Shown: positions 28,723 to 38,009 of the stretch, piece after piece
How positions within the stretch are numbered: position 1 is the first letter of the stretch
Layout of the letters: each line of letters begins with the position of its first letter
NCBI GenBank assembly: GCA_964512235.1
Contig: CAZEGD010000002.1
Span: 40,768 to 104,767 of the forward strand
DNA length: 64,000 nt
Direction of reading: 5' to 3'
Source: an uncultured archaeon
GTDB taxonomy: Archaea; Aenigmatarchaeota; Aenigmatarchaeia; CG10238-14; SCSR01
Notes under the pieces: generated by a model
Databases searched by the model: none
Seen by the model: only the letters and a program-made list of their open reading frames with translations
Told to the model about the DNA's origin: nothing
Position numbers and translations under genes: made by a program

Positions 28723-29526
28723 ATGAAAATAAACGTGCTGAGTGTAAATAGTTCTGAGATTAAGTTTATCGTCGAGGGGATAAAAGCGGATTTTGCAGGC
28801 GAACTCAGAAGGATAATGCTCTCCGAGCTGCCAACGATGGCAATAGAGTGGGTCGATTTTACAAAGAATGATTCTGCATTACCTGACGAAGTCGTTGCAA
28901 ACCGCCTAGGCCAGATACCATTCACTTTCGACAAGCGCGCATACAACCTGCCAAGCGAATGCAAATGTAAAGGCAAGGGCTGTAGCCGATGCCAGATTAA
29001 GATGAGTTTGAAGAAGAAAGGACCTGATATGGTATACGCGTCGGATATAAAATCAAACGCTAAAGATGTAAAACCTGTATTTGAAAGGGTGCCAATTGTA
29101 GAGATTTTCGATGGCCAAGAGTTGGAGTTCAATGCAATCGCCCAGTTGGGTAAAGGTAAAGAGCATGTAAAATGGCAGCCTGCAGTCGTAGGTTATAAAA
29201 ACGTGCCAAGTATTTCAGTAAGCGTCAAAGACAAGAAGAATGCTGAAAAACTCGCTTCAATATGTCCTAGACATGTATTCAAAGTCAGCGGTACAAGAGT
29301 TATAATCACTAATCCGATTGATTGCAATCTATGCATGCGTTGTGTTGAAAGTGTGGAAAATGGAGATGTGGATGGAGAAGTAAAGGTGAAGCCTGTGGAA
29401 GACAGTTTTGTTTTCACAGTCGAGACAGCAAGCGGGTTGAAACCTGATGAGATTGTCAGCCAAGCAGTCGAGTTATTAGAGGCGAAGCTGAAGGATTTCG
29501 CCAAATCTGTCAGAAAAATAAAATAA
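28723..29526 (+). CDS. rpoD: RNA polymerase subunit Rpo3/RpoD with ferredoxin-like domain
   Basis: LRRIMLSELP, NDSAL-DE, G-GKEHVKW, CP..CNLCMRC. Confidence 0.95.
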   Translation: MKINVLSVNSSEIKFIVEGIKADFAGELRRIMLSELPTMAIEWVDFTKNDSALPDEVVANRLGQIPFTFDKRAYNLPSECKCKGKGCSRCQIKMSLKKKGPDMVYASDIKSNAKDVKPVFERVPIVEIFDGQELEFNAIAQLGKGKEHVKWQPAVVGYKNVPSISVSVKDKKNAEKLASICPRHVFKVSGTRVIITNPIDCNLCMRCVESVENGDVDGEVKVKPVEDSFVFTVETASGLKPDEIVSQAVELLEAKLKDFAKSVRKIK

Positions 29527-29582
29527 TCATTAATCCTTCTTGAACAATAAATTTATATACAGAGTCCAGTATGTAATTTGAC

Positions 29583-29709
29583 GCGGGGGTCGCCTAGTCT
29601 GGTCAATGGCGCGAGGCTTAAGTTTGACTACTTAAGATCTGATAAAATATGATGCAATAAGAAACCTCGTGGCTTAGTGCCTTCGTGGGTTCAAATCCCA
29701 CTCCCCGCA
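29583..29709 (+). tRNA. tRNA-Leu(TAA) with 41-nt intron at 37/38 (29623-29663)
   Basis: CGAGG/CCTCG stem, long variable arm, BHB: CTTA/TAAG helix with AGT and AAA bulges and TTG/CAA closing helix. Confidence 0.93.
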
Positions 29710-29778
29710 TCATTTTCTAGAGATGTGTTTTCACAAGATTCCAAAAAGCTTAAATACGTTTCATTCAATAGGTTGGGT

Positions 29779-30441
29779 ATGATTACTGAAAAAATAGAAG
29801 CGTTTGAACATAGATTAAATCTGTGGATTGGAAAAACAGTACCTTTCCAGGTACGTATCTCTTCAGAGAGACATGGTTTTAAAGAAGTAGTCTATGATTT
29901 ACATAAGTACTGCAAAAGGGAGGGAGTTGCTAAACCTCCATCTAATGATGTTTATGAAGTCTCTGCCGTCGTTACAATCGATGGTAAAAACAAAGAAGCA
30001 TTGTATATAGGTCCCGGGTCTTTAAAGCGTTTGAGAGAAGTCTACCAGAAGAGATACAGACTTGGAGAAGAATTGACTGAAGGTGTGATTTCTCATGAAG
30101 ATTCGCATGCAGAAACTCCTAAACTAGAGCCAAATTTGAAAGAGAGGGTAATAAGACGGTTTAAACCAGATTATGCTCAAGATATTGTGACTATGAGAAA
30201 GAATGCTGAGGAGGGATTGGCAAATCTGAGGATGTTAAATGATTATGACGGTGACCCAGTAGATATTTTGATTATGTACACATTGTCGCAGTTCGTTTTC
30301 TGGAAAGACGGCAGGAAATATAGTAACCCAGAACTGATTGAAGATGTTGTAGCCATGTCTTTTCCGTGGCTTAGAGATGACCTTCAGCGCGAAGTGCGCT
30401 CAAAGACGTATGACTACCTTAGAGAACTGAAATATGCGTGA
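29779..30441 (+). CDS. hypothetical protein with HExxH zincin-like motif
   Basis: SHEDSH followed by EEGLA; CTTAAAT box 23 nt before ATG 29779. Confidence 0.6.
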   Translation: MITEKIEAFEHRLNLWIGKTVPFQVRISSERHGFKEVVYDLHKYCKREGVAKPPSNDVYEVSAVVTIDGKNKEALYIGPGSLKRLREVYQKRYRLGEELTEGVISHEDSHAETPKLEPNLKERVIRRFKPDYAQDIVTMRKNAEEGLANLRMLNDYDGDPVDILIMYTLSQFVFWKDGRKYSNPELIEDVVAMSFPWLRDDLQREVRSKTYDYLRELKYA

Positions 30442-30476
30442 CTGCATGAATTTATTAAACTAAATCTTACTCTATA

Positions 30477-30668
30477 TTGGTGGTTAAAATCGCAGTCGGT
30501 GGATTGTGCCAAGCCTGTGGCCGATACTCGCCAGCACTATACACATGCAAAGCATGCGGAGCTCGTGTATGTGTAGCTTGCGTGGATACAACTACTGGTT
30601 TCTGCAGGCTCTGTGGCGGTATAAGAAGGGTAAAGAGAAAGAAGAGCATCAAAGACATACGACGTTAG
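30477..30668 (+). CDS. small 8-Cys Zn-finger protein
   Basis: CQAC, CKAC, CVAC, CRLC. Confidence 0.7.
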   Translation: MVVKIAVGGLCQACGRYSPALYTCKACGARVCVACVDTTTGFCRLCGGIRRVKRKKSIKDIRR

Positions 30669-30727
30669 AAAAGACAAATGTTTTTAAGTTTTACTTCTGA
30701 ATTAATTTAGTAAATCGAGGTAGTGAA

Positions 30728-31435
30728 ATGAAAGATGGAGACTTTGTAACGATAGACTACGTGGCTAGAGTCAAGGGTACTGGAGAGGTATTTGACTTGA
30801 CAAGAGAGGACACTGCGAAGAAGGAGAACGTATACAATGAGAAAGTGCGGTATGGACCAGTCACATTTATAGTCGGTGCTGACTTTGTGATAAGGGGATT
30901 GGACAAAGTATTGCATGAAATGAAAGTCGGCGAGAAGAAATCTGTTGAAATATTGCCGGAGAAAGGGTTTGGCGAACATAAGGAGGAATTGGTAAAATTG
31001 GTACCAGAGGCGCAGCTCAAACAACAGAAGATAGACACTACGCCCGGAACATACATAACTGTAAACAACATCCGCGGGAAGATACTTAGCGCTGACGGTG
31101 GCAGGGTAAAGATCGACTTTAATCATCCTCTGGCCGGAAAGATATTGCAGTATGAAATAGAAGTCAAAGGTGTGGTCACGGACAAGACTGAGAAGATCAA
31201 GTCCATTGTAAAGTACTTCACAGGAAAGGAAATGGAAGTAAGAGTTGGGAAGGAAGTTGAAATAGAGGCTGTAGTTGACATGCAGAGGAGGCTCAAGGAG
31301 ATAATTGCAGGCGTTATCTCAAAATGGGTCGGGATAGATACTGTGAAATTTGTTGATATTTTTAAGAATCTGGAGGGAAAAGAACTTAAAGCGGAGGAAA
31401 AAGAGTCGTCAGAGATTAAAAGTTCAAAAAGTTAA
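30728..31435 (+). CDS. FKBP-type peptidyl-prolyl isomerase (long archaeal SlyD type)
   Basis: GEVFDLT, VIRGLD, DFNHPLAGK. Confidence 0.92.
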   Translation: MKDGDFVTIDYVARVKGTGEVFDLTREDTAKKENVYNEKVRYGPVTFIVGADFVIRGLDKVLHEMKVGEKKSVEILPEKGFGEHKEELVKLVPEAQLKQQKIDTTPGTYITVNNIRGKILSADGGRVKIDFNHPLAGKILQYEIEVKGVVTDKTEKIKSIVKYFTGKEMEVRVGKEVEIEAVVDMQRRLKEIIAGVISKWVGIDTVKFVDIFKNLEGKELKAEEKESSEIKSSKS

Positions 31436-31473
31436 AATAAATATACAGTTTTGAATTAAATTATAGTGATTGT

Positions 31474-32568
31474 ATGGGTTTGAAGCAACTTGAAAGGAAG
31501 CCGTTAGGAAGGATTAAGAAAAAAGGGGAAGACGAAGCACTCGAAGAGATACTTGCAAGGAAAGAAACTCGCATAAAAGTCGTGGGTGCCGGCGGTGCAG
31601 GTAACAACACTGTGACTAGGCTCATGCAAGTCGGTATAGTCGGCGCAGAGACAATTGCGGTAAATACGGACGCGCAGGACCTTCTGTACACGGATGCAGA
31701 CGTAAAGGTCTTAATAGGAAAGGAACTCACCGGTGGGCTTGGTGCAGGTGCAAATCCTGATATTGGTATGGAAGCCGCTAAAGAAAGTAAAGATGACTTG
31801 AAGAAAGCTTTGAAAGGAGCGGACATGGTTTTCCTAACATGCGGTCTGGGTGGTGGAACTGGTACGGGAAGCCTGCCTGTGATAGGTGATATAGCAAAAA
31901 GGTTGGGCCTCCTGACTGTCGCCGTTGTTACATTGCCATTCACAATGGAGGGCAGGCAACGTATGGACAATGCTAAGATGGGGCTTGAAAACTTGGAGAA
32001 TGTTGTCGACACGTTGATAGTTATACCGAATGACAAACTACTGGAGATTGTGCCGGATGTGAGCGTGCAAACGGCCTTCAAAATCGCAGATGAAATCCTT
32101 GTAAATTCTGTGAAAGGCGTTGCTGAACTTGTGACAAAGCCCGGCCTAGTCAATCTTGATTTTGCCGATGTTCGTGCAGTTATGAAGTCTGGTGGACTTG
32201 CAATGATTGGCATAGGAGAGAGCCAGACTGAGAATAGGGCGTTTGAAGCTGTCGAGCGTGCACTGAACAATCCATTGGTCAACATAGATATAAACGGTGC
32301 CATGGGTGCGCTGATAAACGTAATTGGAGGTCCGGATGTAACAATAAGGGAAGCGCAGCAGATTGTGGAAGCTGTCTCGACGAAGCTGTCGCCTGATGCG
32401 AAAATAATATGGGGTGCGCAGGTGGATAAGAACCTTGGCGATACTGTGAAAGCGATGCTGATAGTAACTGGTGTGAAGTCATCGCAGATATTTGGTCCTG
32501 GCAAACCGTGGACTAAGTCAAAGAAAATGCATATAGAAAAGGTTCTTGGTGTTGAATTCATGGATTAA
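31474..32568 (+). CDS. ftsZ: cell division protein FtsZ
   Basis: GGAGNN, GLGGGTGTG, NLDFADV. Confidence 0.98.
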   Translation: MGLKQLERKPLGRIKKKGEDEALEEILARKETRIKVVGAGGAGNNTVTRLMQVGIVGAETIAVNTDAQDLLYTDADVKVLIGKELTGGLGAGANPDIGMEAAKESKDDLKKALKGADMVFLTCGLGGGTGTGSLPVIGDIAKRLGLLTVAVVTLPFTMEGRQRMDNAKMGLENLENVVDTLIVIPNDKLLEIVPDVSVQTAFKIADEILVNSVKGVAELVTKPGLVNLDFADVRAVMKSGGLAMIGIGESQTENRAFEAVERALNNPLVNIDINGAMGALINVIGGPDVTIREAQQIVEAVSTKLSPDAKIIWGAQVDKNLGDTVKAMLIVTGVKSSQIFGPGKPWTKSKKMHIEKVLGVEFMD

Positions 32569-32607
32569 ATTTTGGATAATTGTTGGCGGTAACTGTCTGG
32601 TGAAAAT

Positions 32608-32775
32608 ATGAAAATTGTTGAAACTATTAGGAACTACGTAAGGGTATTGAAGATTACAAAGAAGTCTAGTTGGGGAGATTTTTCAGATACAGCTAGGATT
32701 TGCTTAATCGGTATGAGTGTTGTTGGCATTATTGGATTTTTATTGTACATATTGTTTATCTTAGTGCCTTTGTGA
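32608..32775 (+). CDS. secE: protein translocase SecE/Sec61-gamma
   Basis: Manual translation: YVRVLKITKK..F..TA..G..VGIIGF; located between ftsZ and spt5. Confidence 0.9.
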   Translation: MKIVETIRNYVRVLKITKKSSWGDFSDTARICLIGMSVVGIIGFLLYILFILVPL

Positions 32776-32780
32776 TGTAA

Positions 32781-33218
32781 ATGATATACACGATAAAGAC
32801 TGTTGTAGGTAGGGAGAATATAGTAGCGAATTTTATAGCGACCAAGGCAAAGACAGAGCAATTGAATATAAAATCTCTCGTTCATCCAGAAGAAATCCGC
32901 GGCTACCTATTCATTGAAGGCGAACCTGAAGACATACAAAAGGTTGTAAGGATGGTTCCGCACGTGCGCGGTCTGATAAAGCGTGCTGTGGAGATTAAGG
33001 ACATACAACGATTTTTACAGCCGAGAAAAGTTGAAGTGGATCTGGAGAAGGCTGACTTGGTTGAAGTGATTGGTGGTCCTTTCAAAGGTGAGAAAGGCAA
33101 AGTGACTAGATATGATAAAGTAAAGCGTGAAGTGACCATAGAGCTTGTGGATGTAGCCGTGCCTATTCCTGTTACAGTAAGTGTAGAGTTTGTAAAACTA
33201 TTGAAACGAGCCAAGTAG
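32781..33218 (+). CDS. spt5: transcription elongation factor Spt5
   Basis: RGYLFIE, KOW motif VEVIGGPFKGEKG. Confidence 0.95.
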   Translation: MIYTIKTVVGRENIVANFIATKAKTEQLNIKSLVHPEEIRGYLFIEGEPEDIQKVVRMVPHVRGLIKRAVEIKDIQRFLQPRKVEVDLEKADLVEVIGGPFKGEKGKVTRYDKVKREVTIELVDVAVPIPVTVSVEFVKLLKRAK

Positions 33219-33261
33219 ATGTGATTATCTTTTTAAGTCTGAAATATTAAGTGAGATAGAA

Positions 33262-33993
33262 GTGAAAGGTATGGGAGAAAAGGAAACGATTGAACTGTTG
33301 GTGGAGGGTGGAAAGGCCGCACCAGGTCCAGCTACAGCACCCAAACTTGGTGCATACAAGCTGAACATAGGCGAAGTCTTCCAGAAAGTGAACCAAGCCA
33401 CTGAATCCTACAAGGGTATACAAGTCCCCGTAAAATTGATTATCGACAAGGAAACGAAGGAAGTCACAGTAGAAGTAGGTACACCTCCTGTAAGTAGCCT
33501 AATAAAAAAAGAACTTGGAATAGAGAAAGCAAAGACTGCAGCGGCTGCAGCAGCAGAGAAAGCTGCGGTAGAAGCAGAGATAGCAAGAACAACAGCTGCG
33601 GCAAAACCTGAAGGTGGAGAGAAAGTAGAAGAAGCTAAAGCTGAAGAGAAACCAAAAGAAGAGGTTAAACCAGAAGAGAAGGTTGAGAAAGAGACTGAAG
33701 AGAAGGAGGGAGAGGAAGGTAAGAAAGACGAGACTGTGGCTGAAGCAAAAGGAGAGGAAGAAGAAGTTAAGAGTATTCATAGGGCAGAAGTCATAGGTAA
33801 TTTGAAGATGGAACAGGTTGTAAAAATTGCAAAGATGAAGATGGGTGACTTGCTTGCAAAAGATTTGAAAATTGCTGTTAAGATGGTTATAGGTACTGCC
33901 GTGAGTATGATGGGTATTCAAGTCGAAGGTAAATGGCCTAAAGACGTGATAAAAGACGTCAATAAAGGAAAATGGGATAGTGTGATTAAATAA
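33262..33993 (+). CDS. rplK: 50S ribosomal protein L11 with large acidic insertion
   Basis: VEGGKAAPGP, VGTPP-SSLIKKELG, VIGTAVSM. Confidence 0.92.
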   Translation: MKGMGEKETIELLVEGGKAAPGPATAPKLGAYKLNIGEVFQKVNQATESYKGIQVPVKLIIDKETKEVTVEVGTPPVSSLIKKELGIEKAKTAAAAAAEKAAVEAEIARTTAAAKPEGGEKVEEAKAEEKPKEEVKPEEKVEKETEEKEGEEGKKDETVAEAKGEEEEVKSIHRAEVIGNLKMEQVVKIAKMKMGDLLAKDLKIAVKMVIGTAVSMMGIQVEGKWPKDVIKDVNKGKWDSVIK

Positions 33994-34051
33994 ACATTTT
34001 TAAACCTTAGCATTTAAATAACTCTTAACTGCTGCGGCAGGAGGTCTTAAT

Positions 34052-34672
34052 ATGGCCGACGAAAAAATTGTAGAAGCAATAAAAAAGCTGCGTGAGAGCA
34101 GCAAGAAGCGTAAATTCTCACAGAGTTTTGACCTTATCGTGAATCTGAAGAATATCGACACTAAGAAGCCCGAAGGGAAAATTAATGAGACTGTAGCACT
34201 TCCTAACGGTCGTGGCAAGCCTGCAAAAGTTGCAATCTTTAGTGACACTATAAAGAGTGATGAGTATAGAACAATTAAAGCTGCAGAGATAGAAAAACTT
34301 GGAAAGAATAAGCGTGATGTGAAGAAACTTGCGAATTCTGTAGATTTCTTCCTTGCTGAGCCTAAGCTGATGCCAATTGTTGGTAAGAACTTGGGTGTAG
34401 TGCTCGCACCCAGAGGGAATATGCCTATTGTAATTGCTGGAAACGCTGATGATGTAATCAAAAAGTTCAAGAATAGCACACGCGTGAAAGTCAAAGATTC
34501 GCCAGTGATACAATGTATAGTCGGGGCGGAAGTGATGTCTGATGAAAAAGTTGCAGAAAATATAGAAAGTGTGATGAAATTTTTAGAGAAGAAGTTGCCG
34601 AAGGGAAGGAACAACATAAAGAATGTCGCTGTCAAGCTGACTATGAGCAAGCCTGTGAAAATCGAGGTGTAA
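34052..34672 (+). CDS. rplA: 50S ribosomal protein L1
   Basis: RKFSQSFDLIVNLK, LAPRGNMP, KLTMSKP. Confidence 0.96.
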   Translation: MADEKIVEAIKKLRESSKKRKFSQSFDLIVNLKNIDTKKPEGKINETVALPNGRGKPAKVAIFSDTIKSDEYRTIKAAEIEKLGKNKRDVKKLANSVDFFLAEPKLMPIVGKNLGVVLAPRGNMPIVIAGNADDVIKKFKNSTRVKVKDSPVIQCIVGAEVMSDEKVAENIESVMKFLEKKLPKGRNNIKNVAVKLTMSKPVKIEV

Positions 34673-34675
34673 AAC

Positions 34676-35527
34676 ATGGTAAGAGATGGAAAAATCAAAG
34701 CCGTGGAAATGATGCGCAAAAAGCTTGATGAGGCCGTAGTTATAGGACTCTTAGATATGCATAAGATGCCAAGCAGTCAGCTGCAGAGTATAAGGAAGGA
34801 GCTTAGGGATAAAGCTGAGATTAAGATGGTGAAGAAATCTATTTTGATGTTTGCCATGGAAAAGTCCAAAAAGGAAGGGTTGAAGAAGATTGAAGAACTT
34901 CTGCCGACACAGCCGACTATAGTCTTCACAAATATGGAGCCATTCAAGTTTTATGCATTAGTCAGCAAGCTGAGACTGCCGGCATATGCAAAGGCAGGTG
35001 ATGTAGTCGAGCATGACGTAAAAGTAAGCGCAGGTCCTACTTCACTCATGCCTGGCCCGGTCATCAGTGAATTGCAGAAAGTTGGCATACCTGCGACTAT
35101 ACAGGACGGTAAGATAGCCATAAGAAAGGATAAAACTGTGCTCAAAACTGGAGAGGAAGTGACTGCTGGTCTTTCAAGTATCTTCCGTAAACTAAAGATA
35201 CAACCTGTGACAGTTGGATTGAAAGTAGTCGCCATGCTCAAGGACAATGAAATTTATAAAAAGGATGCTCTAGAGGTTGTGAACGAATTGTCAAGGAAGT
35301 TACCACAGGCTTCACAGAATGCTTTAAATCTCTCAGTCTTTATTTGTTATCCAACTAAGCAAAATATCAAAGTTTTGATTGCCAAAGCTGCGAACGAAGC
35401 AAATGCAATAAATGCTTTGGCACCGAAGGAAGAGAAGGAGGAACCTGCTGCAGAAAAGCCTGCAGAGGAAACTAAGGATGAAGAGAAAGAAGAGGTTAAA
35501 GAAGAAACAAAGGAGGGAGAAGAATAA
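34676..35527 (+). CDS. rplJ: 50S ribosomal protein L10 (P0)
   Basis: [18 protein letters not shown], acidic tail. Confidence 0.93.
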   Translation: MVRDGKIKAVEMMRKKLDEAVVIGLLDMHKMPSSQLQSIRKELRDKAEIKMVKKSILMFAMEKSKKEGLKKIEELLPTQPTIVFTNMEPFKFYALVSKLRLPAYAKAGDVVEHDVKVSAGPTSLMPGPVISELQKVGIPATIQDGKIAIRKDKTVLKTGEEVTAGLSSIFRKLKIQPVTVGLKVVAMLKDNEIYKKDALEVVNELSRKLPQASQNALNLSVFICYPTKQNIKVLIAKAANEANAINALAPKEEKEEPAAEKPAEETKDEEKEEVKEETKEGEE

Positions 35528-35811
35528 TGGAATACGTATATTCGGCTCTCCTACTTCATTCAGCAAAGCAACCTGTAAATGAAGATAATGTGAAGAAGGT
35601 ATTGCAAAGCATCGGAGTTACGCCAGACGAAGGCAAAGTGAAGGCATTGATTGCAAGCTTGGAAGGCGTCAACATAGACGAAGCAATACAACAGGCTGCT
35701 GTTGCCGTTGCTGCACCTGCGGCAAAGGAAGAAGAAGCTGAAGAGAAGGAGGAAGAGGAAGGTAAGAAAGCTGAAACTGCAGCTGAAGGATTGAGTGCAC
35801 TGTTTGGCTGA
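35527..35811 (+). CDS. rpl12: 50S ribosomal protein L12 (P1)
   Basis: [11 protein letters not shown]...GLSALFG. Confidence 0.96.
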   Translation: MEYVYSALLLHSAKQPVNEDNVKKVLQSIGVTPDEGKVKALIASLEGVNIDEAIQQAAVAVAAPAAKEEEAEEKEEEEGKKAETAAEGLSALFG

Positions 35812-35867
35812 GCACGCACGTTTATTTATTTTGCGGCTCAGAACTATGAATTAGAATTGATGGTAAA

Positions 35868-36509
35868 ATGAGAGATTTGATCGAACTTGCAAAGAAGATA
35901 AAGAATAAGGAATTGAGGGAAAAGGTAATCGATACTCTAAAGAATCCTAAGCTGTCAAGCAAGGATTTCAAAAAGTACCCAAGTGTGAAGATGGTGGATG
36001 CTCGTACGCCATTTACTGTGGGTGGTGGAATTTCGGTGGAGCGTGATGTTCTGAACCATACCATAGCTGTGGTGGATGCCTGTGAAAGAGTTGCCGATGT
36101 TTTTGAAAAGAGGTATGGCATGACTTTAAACAGGGACTATTTGCTCGCTGGTTCGATATTGCATGATATTATGAAGGTTTTTGAATGGAAGGTTGGAGCT
36201 CAAGGTGCTGAGCATAGCGGCATATTGCTTGATCATAGTATGCTGGCTGTGGCCGAGCTCTATCATCGGAATTTCCCAGAGCAGGTCATACATATAATTG
36301 CAAGCCATTTTGGAGAGAGTGGACCGACTCCACCAAGAAGCTTTGAGGCTTTGATTCTACACCATGTAGACACGCTGCTGTCGCTAGCGGAGTACCACAT
36401 GTATGCAGCCGCACAGCCTGCACAAATGCCGATTGTCCTTTTAGACGAGGAAATGATAAAAAAGATAAGTGGTGAATTACCTGAATCAGAGAAAGGAAAG
36501 TCTAAATGA
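35868..36509 (+). CDS. HD-domain phosphohydrolase
   Basis: NHT..ILHDIMK..DHS..IASH..HHVD. Confidence 0.85.
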   Translation: MRDLIELAKKIKNKELREKVIDTLKNPKLSSKDFKKYPSVKMVDARTPFTVGGGISVERDVLNHTIAVVDACERVADVFEKRYGMTLNRDYLLAGSILHDIMKVFEWKVGAQGAEHSGILLDHSMLAVAELYHRNFPEQVIHIIASHFGESGPTPPRSFEALILHHVDTLLSLAEYHMYAAAQPAQMPIVLLDEEMIKKISGELPESEKGKSK

Positions 36510-37518
36510 TCTTTTTGAAAAGGGGCATGAGTTTCTAAAAGATATAAAACCGGATGAAAAAGTTGCGTTGGTTCATCACACAGACCTTGACGGACTGTCC
36601 TCTGCAACTCTTATCAAGATTGGGTTGGAAAGACTCGGTGTAAAACTTTTTAGAATCGTCTCTGCAACCTACAGAAACCTAGAGGAAGTCGTCTGCAATT
36701 TGGAATGTGATAAAATTATTATAGTTGATATAGGAATGAAGGTAGAGTTCTGCGAATCTTTTACAAAACCGACATTATATATAGACCATCATCAACCTAG
36801 GGATTGTGTACAGAATGAAAAAATTCTATTCATCAATCCGGGGCTAGTGAATTTGGAGCTCTACCAGCCTGCATCTTACATAGTGTACAAATTCTTGTCA
36901 GGAATAGTTGATTTGAAAGATAAAGAATGGATATCTGTCTTGGGGATTGTGGGTGATTATGGATTTGAAGACTGTATGGATATTCTTGGGAAATGGACGG
37001 ATGCGAAGACGAGAGATGAACTGCTGGATGAGACAGACCTTGGAAAGACTTCAATCGCTATTAGCAACAGTATTTTCATCCTAGGCCTTGAAAGGATCAT
37101 GGAAATACTGCTGGATGAAAAAGATATGGAAAGTGTGGCCGCTAATATGGAGATTAAAAAAGCAAGTAATGAATATCAGAAAATGTACGATAAGGAAATG
37201 GAAAATTTTTGGAATAATCGTGAAGAAGTGGGTAAAATCCTGTTTTCTATTTTAAACCCTCCTTACGAGGGGGTGGGATCTGGAATTTCCAGTCGTGTCT
37301 CCAGAAAGAATCCGGAAAAGATAGTATTTTTATTCGAAGATATTGGAGAGAGGTACAAGATAAACACCAGGTATCAAGGTAAAGATTTGCATCTTGGTAA
37401 GTTTATGGAGAAAATATGTGGTGGTGGTGGCCACAGATGTGCTGCTGGCGGTTCCATAGACAAAGATGATTTGGATAGTTTCAAGGAAAGAGTGAAGAAA
37501 GAACTGAAAGTAAGCTAA
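36469..37518 (+). CDS. DHH/DHHA1 phosphoesterase (RecJ-like)
   Basis: HTDLDG, IVDIG, IDHH, GGGH..AAGG. Confidence 0.88.
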   Translation: MVNYLNQRKESLNDLFEKGHEFLKDIKPDEKVALVHHTDLDGLSSATLIKIGLERLGVKLFRIVSATYRNLEEVVCNLECDKIIIVDIGMKVEFCESFTKPTLYIDHHQPRDCVQNEKILFINPGLVNLELYQPASYIVYKFLSGIVDLKDKEWISVLGIVGDYGFEDCMDILGKWTDAKTRDELLDETDLGKTSIAISNSIFILGLERIMEILLDEKDMESVAANMEIKKASNEYQKMYDKEMENFWNNREEVGKILFSILNPPYEGVGSGISSRVSRKNPEKIVFLFEDIGERYKINTRYQGKDLHLGKFMEKICGGGGHRCAAGGSIDKDDLDSFKERVKKELKVS

Positions 37519-37613
37519 TTTCTAACCGGAAGTCGTCGGAAGTGAACCCCCTAGAAAATGGGGTATATCCATACTACAAATTTCTATTAGGAAGTTTGAA
37601 GGTGAGTGGAAAC

Positions 37614-37808
37614 ATGAGATGCGTCCGTTGCAAGTCTTTGAATGTGCTGAAGTTTGTAGACGGTTTTGGAGAGCACAGAGTATTCTGCCGAAGGTGCGGC
37701 AGGAGTTTTCTACAGAACAATTTTATTCGCATGGGTAGCCAGAAGAACCTTATTGAGTTCGACAATAAGCTACACTACAATCCCCAAGCAGTTAGAGGTA
37801 GGTGGTAA
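37614..37808 (+). CDS. small Zn-ribbon protein
   Basis: CVRC...CRRC; AGGTGA RBS before ATG 37614. Confidence 0.65.
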   Translation: MRCVRCKSLNVLKFVDGFGEHRVFCRRCGRSFLQNNFIRMGSQKNLIEFDNKLHYNPQAVRGRW

Positions 37809-37933
37809 ATATCAGAGAATTGGCAAATATAGATGTGAAGCTAATAGAAGACAGAAATGTGCTGAAGTGCAGAGTGAACCTGAGAAAGAATGGTAGAATG
37901 TTTGGATTCGTGAAACCGGTAATGGATTTTTAG
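37802..37933 (+). CDS. possible 43-aa protein
   Basis: GTG start after GAGGT, overlapping the upstream stop; MVNIRELANIDVKLIEDRNVLKCRVNLRKNGRMFGFVKPVMDF. Confidence 0.4.
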   Translation: MVNIRELANIDVKLIEDRNVLKCRVNLRKNGRMFGFVKPVMDF

Positions 37934-37960
37934 GATTTTTATTTTGCTTTCGTTTCCACC

Positions 37961-37997
37961 GGGCAGAGCATAGGATTATTTCTTATAAGCTCTGCCC
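37961..37997. terminator. GC-rich hairpin between convergent genes
   Basis: GGGCAGAGC...GCTCTGCCC 9-bp stem plus inner ATAGGA/TCTTAT pairing. Confidence 0.5.
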
Positions 37998-38009
37998 TCC
38001 CGCCTCTTT

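Noticed and set aside
29677..29778. N-terminal part of the 254-aa ORF
   Set aside because: Overlaps the tRNA-Leu 3' half; promoter spacing supports ATG 29779
31461..32561. 366-aa ORF antisense to ftsZ, and similar shadow ORFs over tuf, polB, hel308 and r-protein genes
   Set aside because: Antisense shadows of well-supported genes with no motifs of their own
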